From Faecalibacterium sp. CAG:1138 (GTDB taxonomy: Bacteria > Bacillota > Clostridia > Christensenellales > CAG-917), in assembly GCA_000434675.1 (NCBI GenBank), contig HF988640.1:29937-93936 (forward strand): DNA of 64,000 nucleotides, read 5' to 3'. Below are positions 35,488-44,459 of the stretch, one piece after another (within the stretch, counting starts at the first letter, position 1; every line of letters begins with the position of its first letter). The notes beneath the pieces were generated by a model, which searched no databases, had not been told where the DNA came from, and worked only from the letters and a program-made list of their open reading frames with translations. Both the position numbers and the translations under genes were made by a program.

Positions 35488-36702
35488 CTATCTGTAAATT
35501 TCCACAAGATTCAGAATGACCTCGACCATTTTTTCCATAGACTGAACGGGGATATATTCGAATCTCCCGTGGAAGTTGTGTCCGCCGGTGGAAAGGTTAG
35601 GGCAAGGAAGCCCTCTGTGGCTAAGCGTCGCGCCGTCTGTGCCACCTCTGATAGGCACGACGATAGGGTTCACGCCGGCTTTTTCCATGGCCAGTTTGGC
35701 GTTATCTATGAGGTGGAAATTGTTTTTGATGATTTCAGACATATTGTAGTAGCTGTCCGTTACGTCGGCCACGCAGGTGCCTGCGCCGTATTTTTCGTTC
35801 AGTTTTTGGGAAAGGGAAACGAAGGTGCTCTTTTTGGCCTCGAATTTTGCCATGTCGTGATCGCGGATTATGTATTTTGCCACCAGATTTTCGACGCTTC
35901 CCGAAACCGACGACGCCATATAAAATCCTTCGTAACCGGAGGTGTAAAACGGAGTTTCTTTTTCGGGCAAAGAGTTTTGGAATTCCGCAAAAATTTCGAT
36001 GGCGTTTTTCAGTTTGTTTTTGCCTTCGCCGGGGTGAATGGAGGTGCCGTTTACGGTGAGAGTGGCGGCCGCGGCGTTGAAGTTTTCGTATTCGATTTCG
36101 CCGAGCTTGCCGCCGTCGACGGTGTAGCCGAAGTCTGCGCCGAAAGATGCGACGTCAAAGTATTTTACGCCTGCGCCCACTTCTTCGTCGGGGGTGAAGG
36201 CCACCTTGATTTCGCCGTGCTTAACGTTTGGATGAGAAACCAGATATTCGAGCGCAGTCATGATTTCGGCAACGCCCGCTTTGTCGTCCGCGCCGAGAAG
36301 AGTGGTGCCGTCGGTGAATATGATTTGCTGTCCGACGTAGGCGGAAATTTCGGGATATTCGGCGGCGGAGAAGACCACGTTTTTCTCCTCGTTCAGCACG
36401 ACGTCGCCGCCTTCATAGCGGATAATCTGCGGTTTCACGTTTGCGCCCGAAACTGCGGGACTTGTGTCAACGTGGGAGATAAAGCATATCTTTTTGCCGC
36501 TTAAAGTGCCGTTTGCGGCAAGAGTGGCGGTAACGTAGCCGTGTTCGTCCATTTTGGCGTCAAGGCCCAAGGCGGCAAGTTCGTTCTTAAGTTCCGCCAG
36601 CAGCACCAGCTGTTTTTCGGTGGAAGGATAAGAAGCGGAGTCCTCGTCGGAAGTGGTGTCGTAGGATACGTATTTCAAAAATTTTTCGATAACCGATTTC
36701 AT
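35488..36702 (-). CDS. pepT: Peptidase T (tripeptide aminopeptidase, M20B)
   Basis: Start at 'MKSVIEKFLKYVSYDTTSDE' with RBS GAGGT. 'HVDTSP', 'GADDKAG' and 'TPDEEVG' metal-ligand motifs. 404 aa, a typical PepT length. Confidence 0.92.
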   Translation of the reverse strand: MKSVIEKFLKYVSYDTTSDEDSASYPSTEKQLVLLAELKNELAALGLDAKMDEHGYVTATLAANGTLSGKKICFISHVDTSPAVSGANVKPQIIRYEGGDVVLNEEKNVVFSAAEYPEISAYVGQQIIFTDGTTLLGADDKAGVAEIMTALEYLVSHPNVKHGEIKVAFTPDEEVGAGVKYFDVASFGADFGYTVDGGKLGEIEYENFNAAAATLTVNGTSIHPGEGKNKLKNAIEIFAEFQNSLPEKETPFYTSGYEGFYMASSVSGSVENLVAKYIIRDHDMAKFEAKKSTFVSLSQKLNEKYGAGTCVADVTDSYYNMSEIIKNNFHLIDNAKLAMEKAGVNPIVVPIRGGTDGATLSHRGLPCPNLSTGGHNFHGRFEYIPVQSMEKMVEVILNLVEIYR

Positions 36703-36874
36703 AAAGTACCTCATTTTTCTTTTTGCATTTATTATATACCGCCGGGCAGAAGATTTCAAGAGTTTTGGAAATATTGCCCGATTGCCGCTAAATTTTTTTC
36801 TAACCGTTGACAAACGCCGCCCGAATGTACTAAAATATTATACATAATCTACATTAGCTCCCAAGGAGGGTATT

Positions 36875-38086
36875 ATGAACGCACTTCAAAAATGTTGGTA
36901 CCGCACTTTCCAAGTTTGCTTTAAGGCCGTTTCGGGCTTGCTTCCGTGGAGAAAACCTGAAATTTTAGAGGGTGAAGGAAGCATCTTCAAAGTCGGCGAA
37001 ATCATCAAGCAAAAGGGCCTCAAAAAGGCTATGATCGTCACCGGTCCGAACATCAGCAAAACTAACATGCTCGACAACCTCTACAAAGGTCTTTCCGACA
37101 ACGGCATCGAATACGTCGTATTCAACAAAACCGTGCAGAATCCGACCATCGACGTCGTCGAAAACGCTTTGGCCGAATACAAAGCAAACGGTTGCCAGTG
37201 CATCGTGGCTTTGGGCGGCGGCTCTTCCATGGACAGCGCAAAAGCAATGGGCGCGCGCCTTGCAAGGCCTAAAAAACCTGTTCCGAAGCTTAAGGGCGTT
37301 TTGAAGGTTATGCATCGTCTGCCGTTATTTTTCGCCATTCCGACAACTGCCGGAAGCGGAAGCGAAGCTACGATCGCCGCGGTCATTTCCGATCCGAAAA
37401 CTCACGAAAAATACGCTATCAACGACCTCAACCTCATTCCTGACTATGCGGTTCTGGAGCCTACTTTGACGGTAAGCCTTCGTCCTTTCACCACCGCCAC
37501 CACCGGTATGGACGCCTTGACTCACGCGGTTGAAGCTTTGGTCGGCAACAGCAACACCAAAGGCACTCACGCAGACGGCCTCAAAGCCTGCAAGCTTATT
37601 TTCGAAAACCTCGAAACCGCTTACAAAGACGGCGCCGACCTCACCGCCAGAAACAATATGCTCGTCGGCAGCTTTTACGCAGGCTGCGCTTTCACGCGGG
37701 CTTACGTCGGCTACGTTCACGCTTTGGCTCACCAGCTCGGCGGTATGTATAACGTTCCGCACGGTCTTGCAAACGCCGTTATTCTGCCGTTCGTTCTGGA
37801 ATACTACGGCTCTGCCATCTACAAGAAAATGGCCGAAATCGCAGACTACTGCGGCATAGAAGCCGGCCCTACCGACAAAGAAAAATGCGAAGCCGTTATC
37901 GCCAAAATCAAACAAATGAACGCGGATATGGACATTCCTACCGTTATTCCCGAAATCAAGGAAGCCGACATTCCTACCATGGCAAAACGCGCTTATGCCG
38001 AAGCAAATCCGCTTTATCCTGTTCCGAAACTTATGGGGCTTGAGGAACTCGAGGCTATGTATCGCACCCTGATGCCGAAAGAATAA
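36875..38086 (+). CDS. Iron-containing (group III) alcohol dehydrogenase
   Basis: 'GGGSSMDSAKA', 'PTTAGSGSE' and 'HALAHQLGGMYNVPHGLANA' motifs. Confidence 0.9.
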   Translation: MNALQKCWYRTFQVCFKAVSGLLPWRKPEILEGEGSIFKVGEIIKQKGLKKAMIVTGPNISKTNMLDNLYKGLSDNGIEYVVFNKTVQNPTIDVVENALAEYKANGCQCIVALGGGSSMDSAKAMGARLARPKKPVPKLKGVLKVMHRLPLFFAIPTTAGSGSEATIAAVISDPKTHEKYAINDLNLIPDYAVLEPTLTVSLRPFTTATTGMDALTHAVEALVGNSNTKGTHADGLKACKLIFENLETAYKDGADLTARNNMLVGSFYAGCAFTRAYVGYVHALAHQLGGMYNVPHGLANAVILPFVLEYYGSAIYKKMAEIADYCGIEAGPTDKEKCEAVIAKIKQMNADMDIPTVIPEIKEADIPTMAKRAYAEANPLYPVPKLMGLEELEAMYRTLMPKE

Positions 38087-38622
38087 TGAAAATTTTGATT
38101 GCGTCCGACGTGCACGGTTCGTTGCCCGTCGCAAAACGAATAATCAATCGCGCGAAAGAGGAGAACGCCACCCGAATTATTCTGCTCGGCGACGTCTATT
38201 ATCACGGGCCGAGAAATCCGCTTCCCGAAGGCTACGCGCCCCTTGAAGTCGCCGAAGTTTTGAACGAAACCGAAAATTTGGCCGTACTGAAAGGGAATTG
38301 CGACGCCGAAGTGGATCAGATGGTTTCGAAGTTCAGATTCGTGGACGGCATTTTGGAGGTGGACGACGGCGAAAAACGACTGCTGTTTACTCACGGCCAC
38401 GTGTTCAGCCGCGAAAACCTGCCGGAAGGCGCGTTCGATCTTCTTTGCTACGGACATTTTCACACCGCTTTCATCGAAACCGACGAAACGGGCCATACAT
38501 TTGCAAATCCCGGTTCGCCGAGCTTGCCGAAGGACGGCTTTTCGGGTTACCTCGTTTACGAAAACGGCCGATTGACCTTAAAAACGCTGGACGGAGAAGA
38601 AGTCAAAACCGTTTTAATATAA
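38086..38622 (+). CDS. YfcE/MJ0936-type metallophosphoesterase
   Basis: 'MKILIASDVHGS', 'LGDVYYHGPRNP', 'GNCD' and 'THGH' motifs. Its start overlaps the ADH stop (TAATG). Confidence 0.85.
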   Translation: MKILIASDVHGSLPVAKRIINRAKEENATRIILLGDVYYHGPRNPLPEGYAPLEVAEVLNETENLAVLKGNCDAEVDQMVSKFRFVDGILEVDDGEKRLLFTHGHVFSRENLPEGAFDLLCYGHFHTAFIETDETGHTFANPGSPSLPKDGFSGYLVYENGRLTLKTLDGEEVKTVLI

Positions 38623-38729
38623 CAAACAGCGAAAAATTGCGTAGAAATACGCAATTTTTTTTGTCTTTCGTTGACATATTTTCGGGGATGGTTTAAAATG
38701 TTCTTCACATACGTTTTGGGAGATATTAA

Positions 38730-40511
38730 ATGGTTTTCGGAAAGCACATAAACAAATATTACGTTCGCTACGGAGGCATTCTTCTTTTGGGAGTGCTGGC
38801 TTTGCTGGTGGTGGATTATATGCAACTGGAAATTCCGAAGATGTACCGAATGGTCGTCAACGGCCTCAACGAAGGGTTTGTGGTGGTGGACGGCGTTACG
38901 CGCACTTTCGATATGGATTTTCTGCTCGACGAAATATGCAAACCTATGCTGATCGTCATCGTTTCGCTTGTTTTGGGCAGGTTCTTGTGGCGTATATGCT
39001 TTTTCGGCACTGCCATAAAGGTCGAAAAAAACCTCAGAAGCGAAATGTTTTCGCATGCAAAGGATCTGTCGCTGGCGTTTTATCAGACCAACAAAGTCGG
39101 CCACCTTATGTCGCTTTTCACCAACGATCTGGAAACCGTGCAGGATTGCTTCGGTTCGGGTGTTCTGATGCTTTTCGACGCGCTGCTTTTGGGTGGCCTT
39201 GCCGTATATAACATGGCGGTTATGGACGTCAGGCTGACGCTGTTCTCGCTTATTCCTATGGCGTTTATGCTGGCAATCGGCCTCGTCATGGGAAAATACA
39301 TGATGAAAAAATGGGACGAAAGGCAGGAAGCGTTTTCCAGAATGAGCGACTTCGCGCAGGAAAACTTTTCGGGCATCGCCGTGATAAAAGCGTTTGTGAA
39401 GGAGTTTAAGGAGCTTCTGGCTTTCCGCAAACTCAACGTGGAGAACGAAAAAGCCAACGTCGAATTCACAAAGGCTTCCACGCTTCTGAACATTCTAGTT
39501 ACGTTGTTTGTGGAATCGGTGGTTTGCGTCATTTTGGGCTACGGCGGCTACCTCGTTTATAAGGGCGTGTTCAACGCGGGCGAACTGATGGAATTTATCG
39601 GTTATTTCAACGCAATCGTTTGGCCCGTTATGGCAGTATCGCAACTTATAGAGATGAGTTCGAGGGGAAAAACCTCGCTTAAGCGCGTTTCGGACCTTTT
39701 GGACGCCAAGTCCGACGTTACCGACAGACCGGGTGTGAAAGACCTTAAAAAGGTGGACGGAAACATAGAATATCGTCATCTGTCTTTCAGTTATCCGGGC
39801 TCCGAGAGAGAGGTTCTTGAGGACGTAAGCTTCAAGGTTGCCGCCGGCGAAAACGTGGGCATAGTCGGAAAAACCGGCGCCGGAAAAACCACCATTGTCG
39901 ATTTGCTTTTGAGAACCTACAACGTTCCGGACGGGACGCTTTTCGTGGACGGAGAGGACGTCAACGAGGTTTCCATAAAATCTTTGCGCGACCATATCGC
40001 GTACGTTCCGCAGGATAATTTCCTCTTTTCCGACACCGTGAAAAACAACATCGCTTTCGGCGTGGACGAGGCGTCGGACGAAGCGGTGTCCGCGGCGGCG
40101 AAGCTTGCGGGCGTTTCCGGCGACATCGAGGAATTCAAGGACGGTTACGCCACCGTTATGGGAGAAAGAGGCGTAACGGTTTCCGGCGGACAAAAGCAGA
40201 GGATATCCATTGCCAGAGCGCTTTTGAAAAACGCCGAAATTCTTATTCTGGACGACAGCGTTTCCGCAGTCGACACGGCCACGGAAAAGGAAATTTTGCA
40301 AAACTTAAGAGAAACGCGCGCGGGGAAAACCACTTTTATCATTGCGCACCGCGTTTCCACTTTGGAGCATCTTGACAAGCTCGTTTACGTCGACGACGGA
40401 CGCATCGTGGACGTCGGCACGCATAAAGAGCTTTACGATCGCTGCGCCGAGTACCGCAACATGGTGGAGCTTCAGCGCCTCGAGGAAGAAAGAAAGGAGG
40501 AAGAAAGATGA
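38730..40511 (+). CDS. ABC exporter, fused permease/ATPase (heterodimer partner 1)
   Basis: 6-TM domain plus NBD ('GKTGAGKTT', 'VSGGQKQRISIARAL', 'ILILDDS'). Confidence 0.9.
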   Translation: MVFGKHINKYYVRYGGILLLGVLALLVVDYMQLEIPKMYRMVVNGLNEGFVVVDGVTRTFDMDFLLDEICKPMLIVIVSLVLGRFLWRICFFGTAIKVEKNLRSEMFSHAKDLSLAFYQTNKVGHLMSLFTNDLETVQDCFGSGVLMLFDALLLGGLAVYNMAVMDVRLTLFSLIPMAFMLAIGLVMGKYMMKKWDERQEAFSRMSDFAQENFSGIAVIKAFVKEFKELLAFRKLNVENEKANVEFTKASTLLNILVTLFVESVVCVILGYGGYLVYKGVFNAGELMEFIGYFNAIVWPVMAVSQLIEMSSRGKTSLKRVSDLLDAKSDVTDRPGVKDLKKVDGNIEYRHLSFSYPGSEREVLEDVSFKVAAGENVGIVGKTGAGKTTIVDLLLRTYNVPDGTLFVDGEDVNEVSIKSLRDHIAYVPQDNFLFSDTVKNNIAFGVDEASDEAVSAAAKLAGVSGDIEEFKDGYATVMGERGVTVSGGQKQRISIARALLKNAEILILDDSVSAVDTATEKEILQNLRETRAGKTTFIIAHRVSTLEHLDKLVYVDDGRIVDVGTHKELYDRCAEYRNMVELQRLEEERKEEER

Positions 40512-42397
40512 AAGAATATATGCCTCTTTTGATTCTCGGCGCGATAATAGGTTCGGTGTCCGCGGCGCTTATTTTGGCGTACGTCCTCGTTAAGGACAAA
40601 AAGGGAGCGATGGGCTTTGACAGAAAAATCAAGGATTCCGAGCTTATAAGGCGGCTTCTTGTGTACGCAAAACCTTACTGGAAAAACTTTTTGGCCGTCG
40701 GGCTGGTTATGATCGTCGGCATATCCTATTCTATCGTTTCGCCTATTCTGGTGGCGAAAATTCAGGAGATCGTGAAGGCGTCGTTTGAAATGACAACCCT
40801 TCTGACGTTGGTTGCCGTTTACGGCGGACTTCTGTTGGTCAGCCTTGCGGGAAGTTACGTTCAGGCCGTTTTGTTGCAGGTTACGGGGCAAAAAATCGTG
40901 TCGGCCCTGAGGGAAGACCTCTTTTGCCGCATCGAAAACCTTTCGCACGGACAGCTTTCGGAAATCCCTGTCGGAAAACTCGTTACGAGGGTAACCAACG
41001 ACACGGGCGCAATTTCCATGATGTTCACGGGACTTTTGGCGAACCTCGTGCAAAACATGTTCGTCATTCTGGGTGTTTGGATCGCAATGTTCGTGCTGAA
41101 CGTTCCGCTGACGCTTTTGGTGCTTTGCTTTGCGCCGTTCATCGTTCTGTTCACGGTGATATTCAGAAAATTCAGCCGCAAGGCCTACAGGCGCGTCAAG
41201 GAATCGACCACCGACATCAACACCTATCTTTCCGAGCACTTGTCGGGAATGAAGATTATTCAGATTTTCAATCGCGAAAGCAAAAAAACCAAACAGTTCG
41301 AGGAAAAGAACGATGCGCTTTACCGCGCGGGGCGCGAACAGATTCTGGTGTTCGGCGTGTTCAGACCGCTGGTTTATATGCTTTACGTTTCGTCGGTGCT
41401 TTGTTTGTTCTATTTTTCCTGCAAGTCGAATTTTGACGGCGCGGGATTTATGGGCACGGTGATAACCAGCGAGCTGGTGGTGGCGTTTTATATGTACACG
41501 TCCAAGTTCTTCAACCCTATTCAGAGTCTGGCCGAGCAGTTCCACAGGCTACAATCGGCCTTTGCATCTGCCGAAAAGATATTCACCGTTTACGACATCG
41601 AGCCTTCCGTCAAGGACGAGCCCGACGCCGTGGAGCTTGAAACGGTTAGAGGCGAAATAGAGTTCAGAAACGTGTGGTTCTCCTACGTTCCGGACGAATG
41701 GGTGCTAAAAGACGTTTCGTTCAAAATCGAAGCGGGACAGACGGTGGCGTTCGTCGGCGCGACGGGCTCCGGGAAAACCACCATTCTGTCGCTTCTTGCA
41801 AGAAACTACGACATTCAAAAAGGCGAAATACTTCTCGACGGCGTCAACATAAAGACCATCAAATTGTCGTCGCTCAGAAAGCATTTCGGGCAGATGCTGC
41901 AGGACGTGTTCCTGTTTTCGGGCACCATAAGAAGCAACATAGTTTTAAGGGACGAAGGTTTTTCGGACGAAGAAATCATGGAAACTTGCCGCTACGTCAA
42001 CGCCGACAAATTTATCGACAAGCTTCCGGGCGGGCTGGACGAAGAAGTCAGGGAAAGGGGCAACAACTTTTCTGCCGGCCAACGCCAGCTGCTGAGCTTT
42101 GCGAGAACCATGATACATCGCCCCGAAGTTATGATTCTGGACGAGGCCACCGCAAACATAGACACCGAAACGGAAGTCCTCATTCAGGACAGCCTGGAAA
42201 AAATGATGTCGGTCGGAACAATGCTTATCGTTGCGCACAGGCTGTCGACCATACAGCACGCAGACAACATATTCGTGCTGTCGGGCGGTAAGATATTAGA
42301 GTCCGGCAACCACAACGAACTTCTGAAAAAACGTGGCAGGTACTACAATCTCTATATGCTGCAATATGACGAAGAAAAAATCAAAAATCAAGCTTAA
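40508..42397 (+). CDS. ABC exporter, fused permease/ATPase (heterodimer partner 2)
   Basis: 4-nt overlap with the upstream partner. NBD motifs 'GATGSGKTT', 'FSAGQRQLLSFART' and 'VMILDEAT'. Confidence 0.9.
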   Translation: MKEYMPLLILGAIIGSVSAALILAYVLVKDKKGAMGFDRKIKDSELIRRLLVYAKPYWKNFLAVGLVMIVGISYSIVSPILVAKIQEIVKASFEMTTLLTLVAVYGGLLLVSLAGSYVQAVLLQVTGQKIVSALREDLFCRIENLSHGQLSEIPVGKLVTRVTNDTGAISMMFTGLLANLVQNMFVILGVWIAMFVLNVPLTLLVLCFAPFIVLFTVIFRKFSRKAYRRVKESTTDINTYLSEHLSGMKIIQIFNRESKKTKQFEEKNDALYRAGREQILVFGVFRPLVYMLYVSSVLCLFYFSCKSNFDGAGFMGTVITSELVVAFYMYTSKFFNPIQSLAEQFHRLQSAFASAEKIFTVYDIEPSVKDEPDAVELETVRGEIEFRNVWFSYVPDEWVLKDVSFKIEAGQTVAFVGATGSGKTTILSLLARNYDIQKGEILLDGVNIKTIKLSSLRKHFGQMLQDVFLFSGTIRSNIVLRDEGFSDEEIMETCRYVNADKFIDKLPGGLDEEVRERGNNFSAGQRQLLSFARTMIHRPEVMILDEATANIDTETEVLIQDSLEKMMSVGTMLIVAHRLSTIQHADNIFVLSGGKILESGNHNELLKKRGRYYNLYMLQYDEEKIKNQA

Positions 42398-42457
42398 CAA
42401 CATCGTTTCGGTTGCATAATCGTTTGATTTTGCGGATAAAGGAGGAAAAAATAAACA

Positions 42458-43372
42458 ATGGAAAACATCATTGACATTCGGCGCCTGTCAAAGTCGTTCG
42501 GCGAAGTCAGGGCTGTTGACGACTTGTCCTTCAAGGTGAAAAAGGGCGAACTGTTTGCTTTTTTGGGCGAAAATGGCGCAGGAAAATCGACCACCATTTC
42601 CATTATGTGCGGCACACTTAAAAAGGACGAAGGCACGGTGCTCGTTTGCGGCAAAAACGTTGATACCGACGAAAAAGAAATTTCCAAAGAGCTCGGCGTG
42701 GTGTTTCAAAACACCGTTTTGGACGGAGTTCTTTCCGTAAAAGACAACCTCGTGTCCCGAGCAAGCCTTTACGGCATTTGCGGAAAAGCGGCCGAAGACA
42801 AAATCGCCGAACTTTCCGTAGAATTTGCCTTTTCGGACCTTTTGAAAAGACCGTTCGGCAAGTTGTCGGGCGGGCAAAAAAGACGTATCGACGTTGCGCG
42901 CGCGCTTTTGAACGATCCGTCGGTTCTCGTTCTGGACGAGCCGACCACCGGCCTCGATCCGCAAACCAGAAAGCTTTTGTGGGAGCAAATCGAAACCCTC
43001 AGAAAAACCAAAAACATGACGGTGTTTCTCACCACACACTATATGGAGGAAGCCGCCGACGCGGACTACGTCGTCATACTGGAACACGGCCGAATTGCCG
43101 CCGAAGGCACGCCTTTGGACCTCAAAAATCGCTTTACCGGCGACTATATAACCATATATAACGCGACGGAGGAAAGAGTGAAATCGCTCGGCAAGCCTTA
43201 CAAAAAAATCCGCGACGCTTACCGCGTGGAGGTTAAAGACACCGTGGAAGCCAAGGAGCTTATCGTTTCCCGCCCCGAAATTTTTACGGATTTCGAAATA
43301 ACCAAAGGAAAAATGGACGACGTGTTTTTGGCCGTAACGGGAAAAGAACTTCAAGGAGGCGACGCAAAATGA
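42458..43372 (+). CDS. ABC-2-type transporter ATP-binding protein
   Basis: 'GENGAGKSTT', 'LSGGQKRRIDVARAL' and '[12 protein letters not shown]'. Confidence 0.9.
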   Translation: MENIIDIRRLSKSFGEVRAVDDLSFKVKKGELFAFLGENGAGKSTTISIMCGTLKKDEGTVLVCGKNVDTDEKEISKELGVVFQNTVLDGVLSVKDNLVSRASLYGICGKAAEDKIAELSVEFAFSDLLKRPFGKLSGGQKRRIDVARALLNDPSVLVLDEPTTGLDPQTRKLLWEQIETLRKTKNMTVFLTTHYMEEAADADYVVILEHGRIAAEGTPLDLKNRFTGDYITIYNATEERVKSLGKPYKKIRDAYRVEVKDTVEAKELIVSRPEIFTDFEITKGKMDDVFLAVTGKELQGGDAK

Positions 43373-44265
43373 AAACTCTTTTGTGTTTGACGAAAAGAAA
43401 TATAAAAATATTTTTTAAAGACAAAGGTCTGGTGATTTCGTCGCTCATCACTCCGATCATTCTTTTGGTGCTTTACGTTACGTTTCTGGCGAAGGTCTAT
43501 CGAGACAGCTTCCGTTCGTCGCTTCCGGAAGGAATGGTCGTGTCCGACGCTCTCGTCAACGGCACTGTTGCGGCGCAGCTTTTTGCTTCGCTCATTGCCG
43601 TCAGCTGCGTTACCGTTGCGTTCTGCTGCAACCTCTTGATGGTTCAGGACAAGGCGAACGGCCCGAAGAAAGATTTTTTGGTTACGCCGGTTTCCCGCGC
43701 CACCGTGGCCGTATCTTACTACCTCGCGACCTTGGCGTCAACGCTTACAGTGGCGCTTCTCGCAACGGGCGCAAGCTTTATCTACATTGCCGTTCAGGGC
43801 TGGTTTATGAGCTTTGGCGACGTTATGCTGCTACTTTTAGACGTGGTGATTCTGACCATGTTCGGCACGGCGTTTTCGTCGGCGGTAAACGTGTTTTTGA
43901 CGACGAACGGGCAGGCTTCTGCCGCGGGAACTTTGGTTTCGTCGGCATACGGCTTTGTCTGCGGCGCATATATGCCTATATCCAACTTCGGCGGCGGCTT
44001 GCAAAAAGCACTCAGCTTGCTTCCGGGGACCTACGGAACCGCACTCTTCAAAAATCACGCTCTTCGCGGCGTTGCAAAAGAAATGGCAAATCAGGGCTTT
44101 CCGCCGGAAGTGGTGGACGCCATAAAGAAAAGCCTGGATTGCAGCGTAAACTTTTTCGGTCACGATTCTTCCGTCGGCGCAATGTACGCAGTAATTTTGC
44201 TCTCTACGGTGGCGCTTATCGGCGTGTACGTTCTGGCAACGGTGAAACAAACGAAAAACAGATAA
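43369..44265 (+). CDS. ABC-2-type transporter permease
   Basis: 298 aa, about 6 TM. 4-nt overlap with the ATPase gene. Confidence 0.8.
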   Translation: MKTLLCLTKRNIKIFFKDKGLVISSLITPIILLVLYVTFLAKVYRDSFRSSLPEGMVVSDALVNGTVAAQLFASLIAVSCVTVAFCCNLLMVQDKANGPKKDFLVTPVSRATVAVSYYLATLASTLTVALLATGASFIYIAVQGWFMSFGDVMLLLLDVVILTMFGTAFSSAVNVFLTTNGQASAAGTLVSSAYGFVCGAYMPISNFGGGLQKALSLLPGTYGTALFKNHALRGVAKEMANQGFPPEVVDAIKKSLDCSVNFFGHDSSVGAMYAVILLSTVALIGVYVLATVKQTKNR

Positions 44266-44459
44266 AATGTCATAAAAGTCAATGTTTATGTCAATATAAC
44301 AATCAACGATGTCAAAAGCGCGGTGAAAATCGCGCTTTTTTGATGTAATCAAAAGACTTCGGCAAATAGAATATGGGAAATTGACAAAGCGGACGGATGG
44401 GTATATAATGTAAAATTGAAACGCGCCGAAAACCATTTATGGTTTTGGCAGGAGGATAT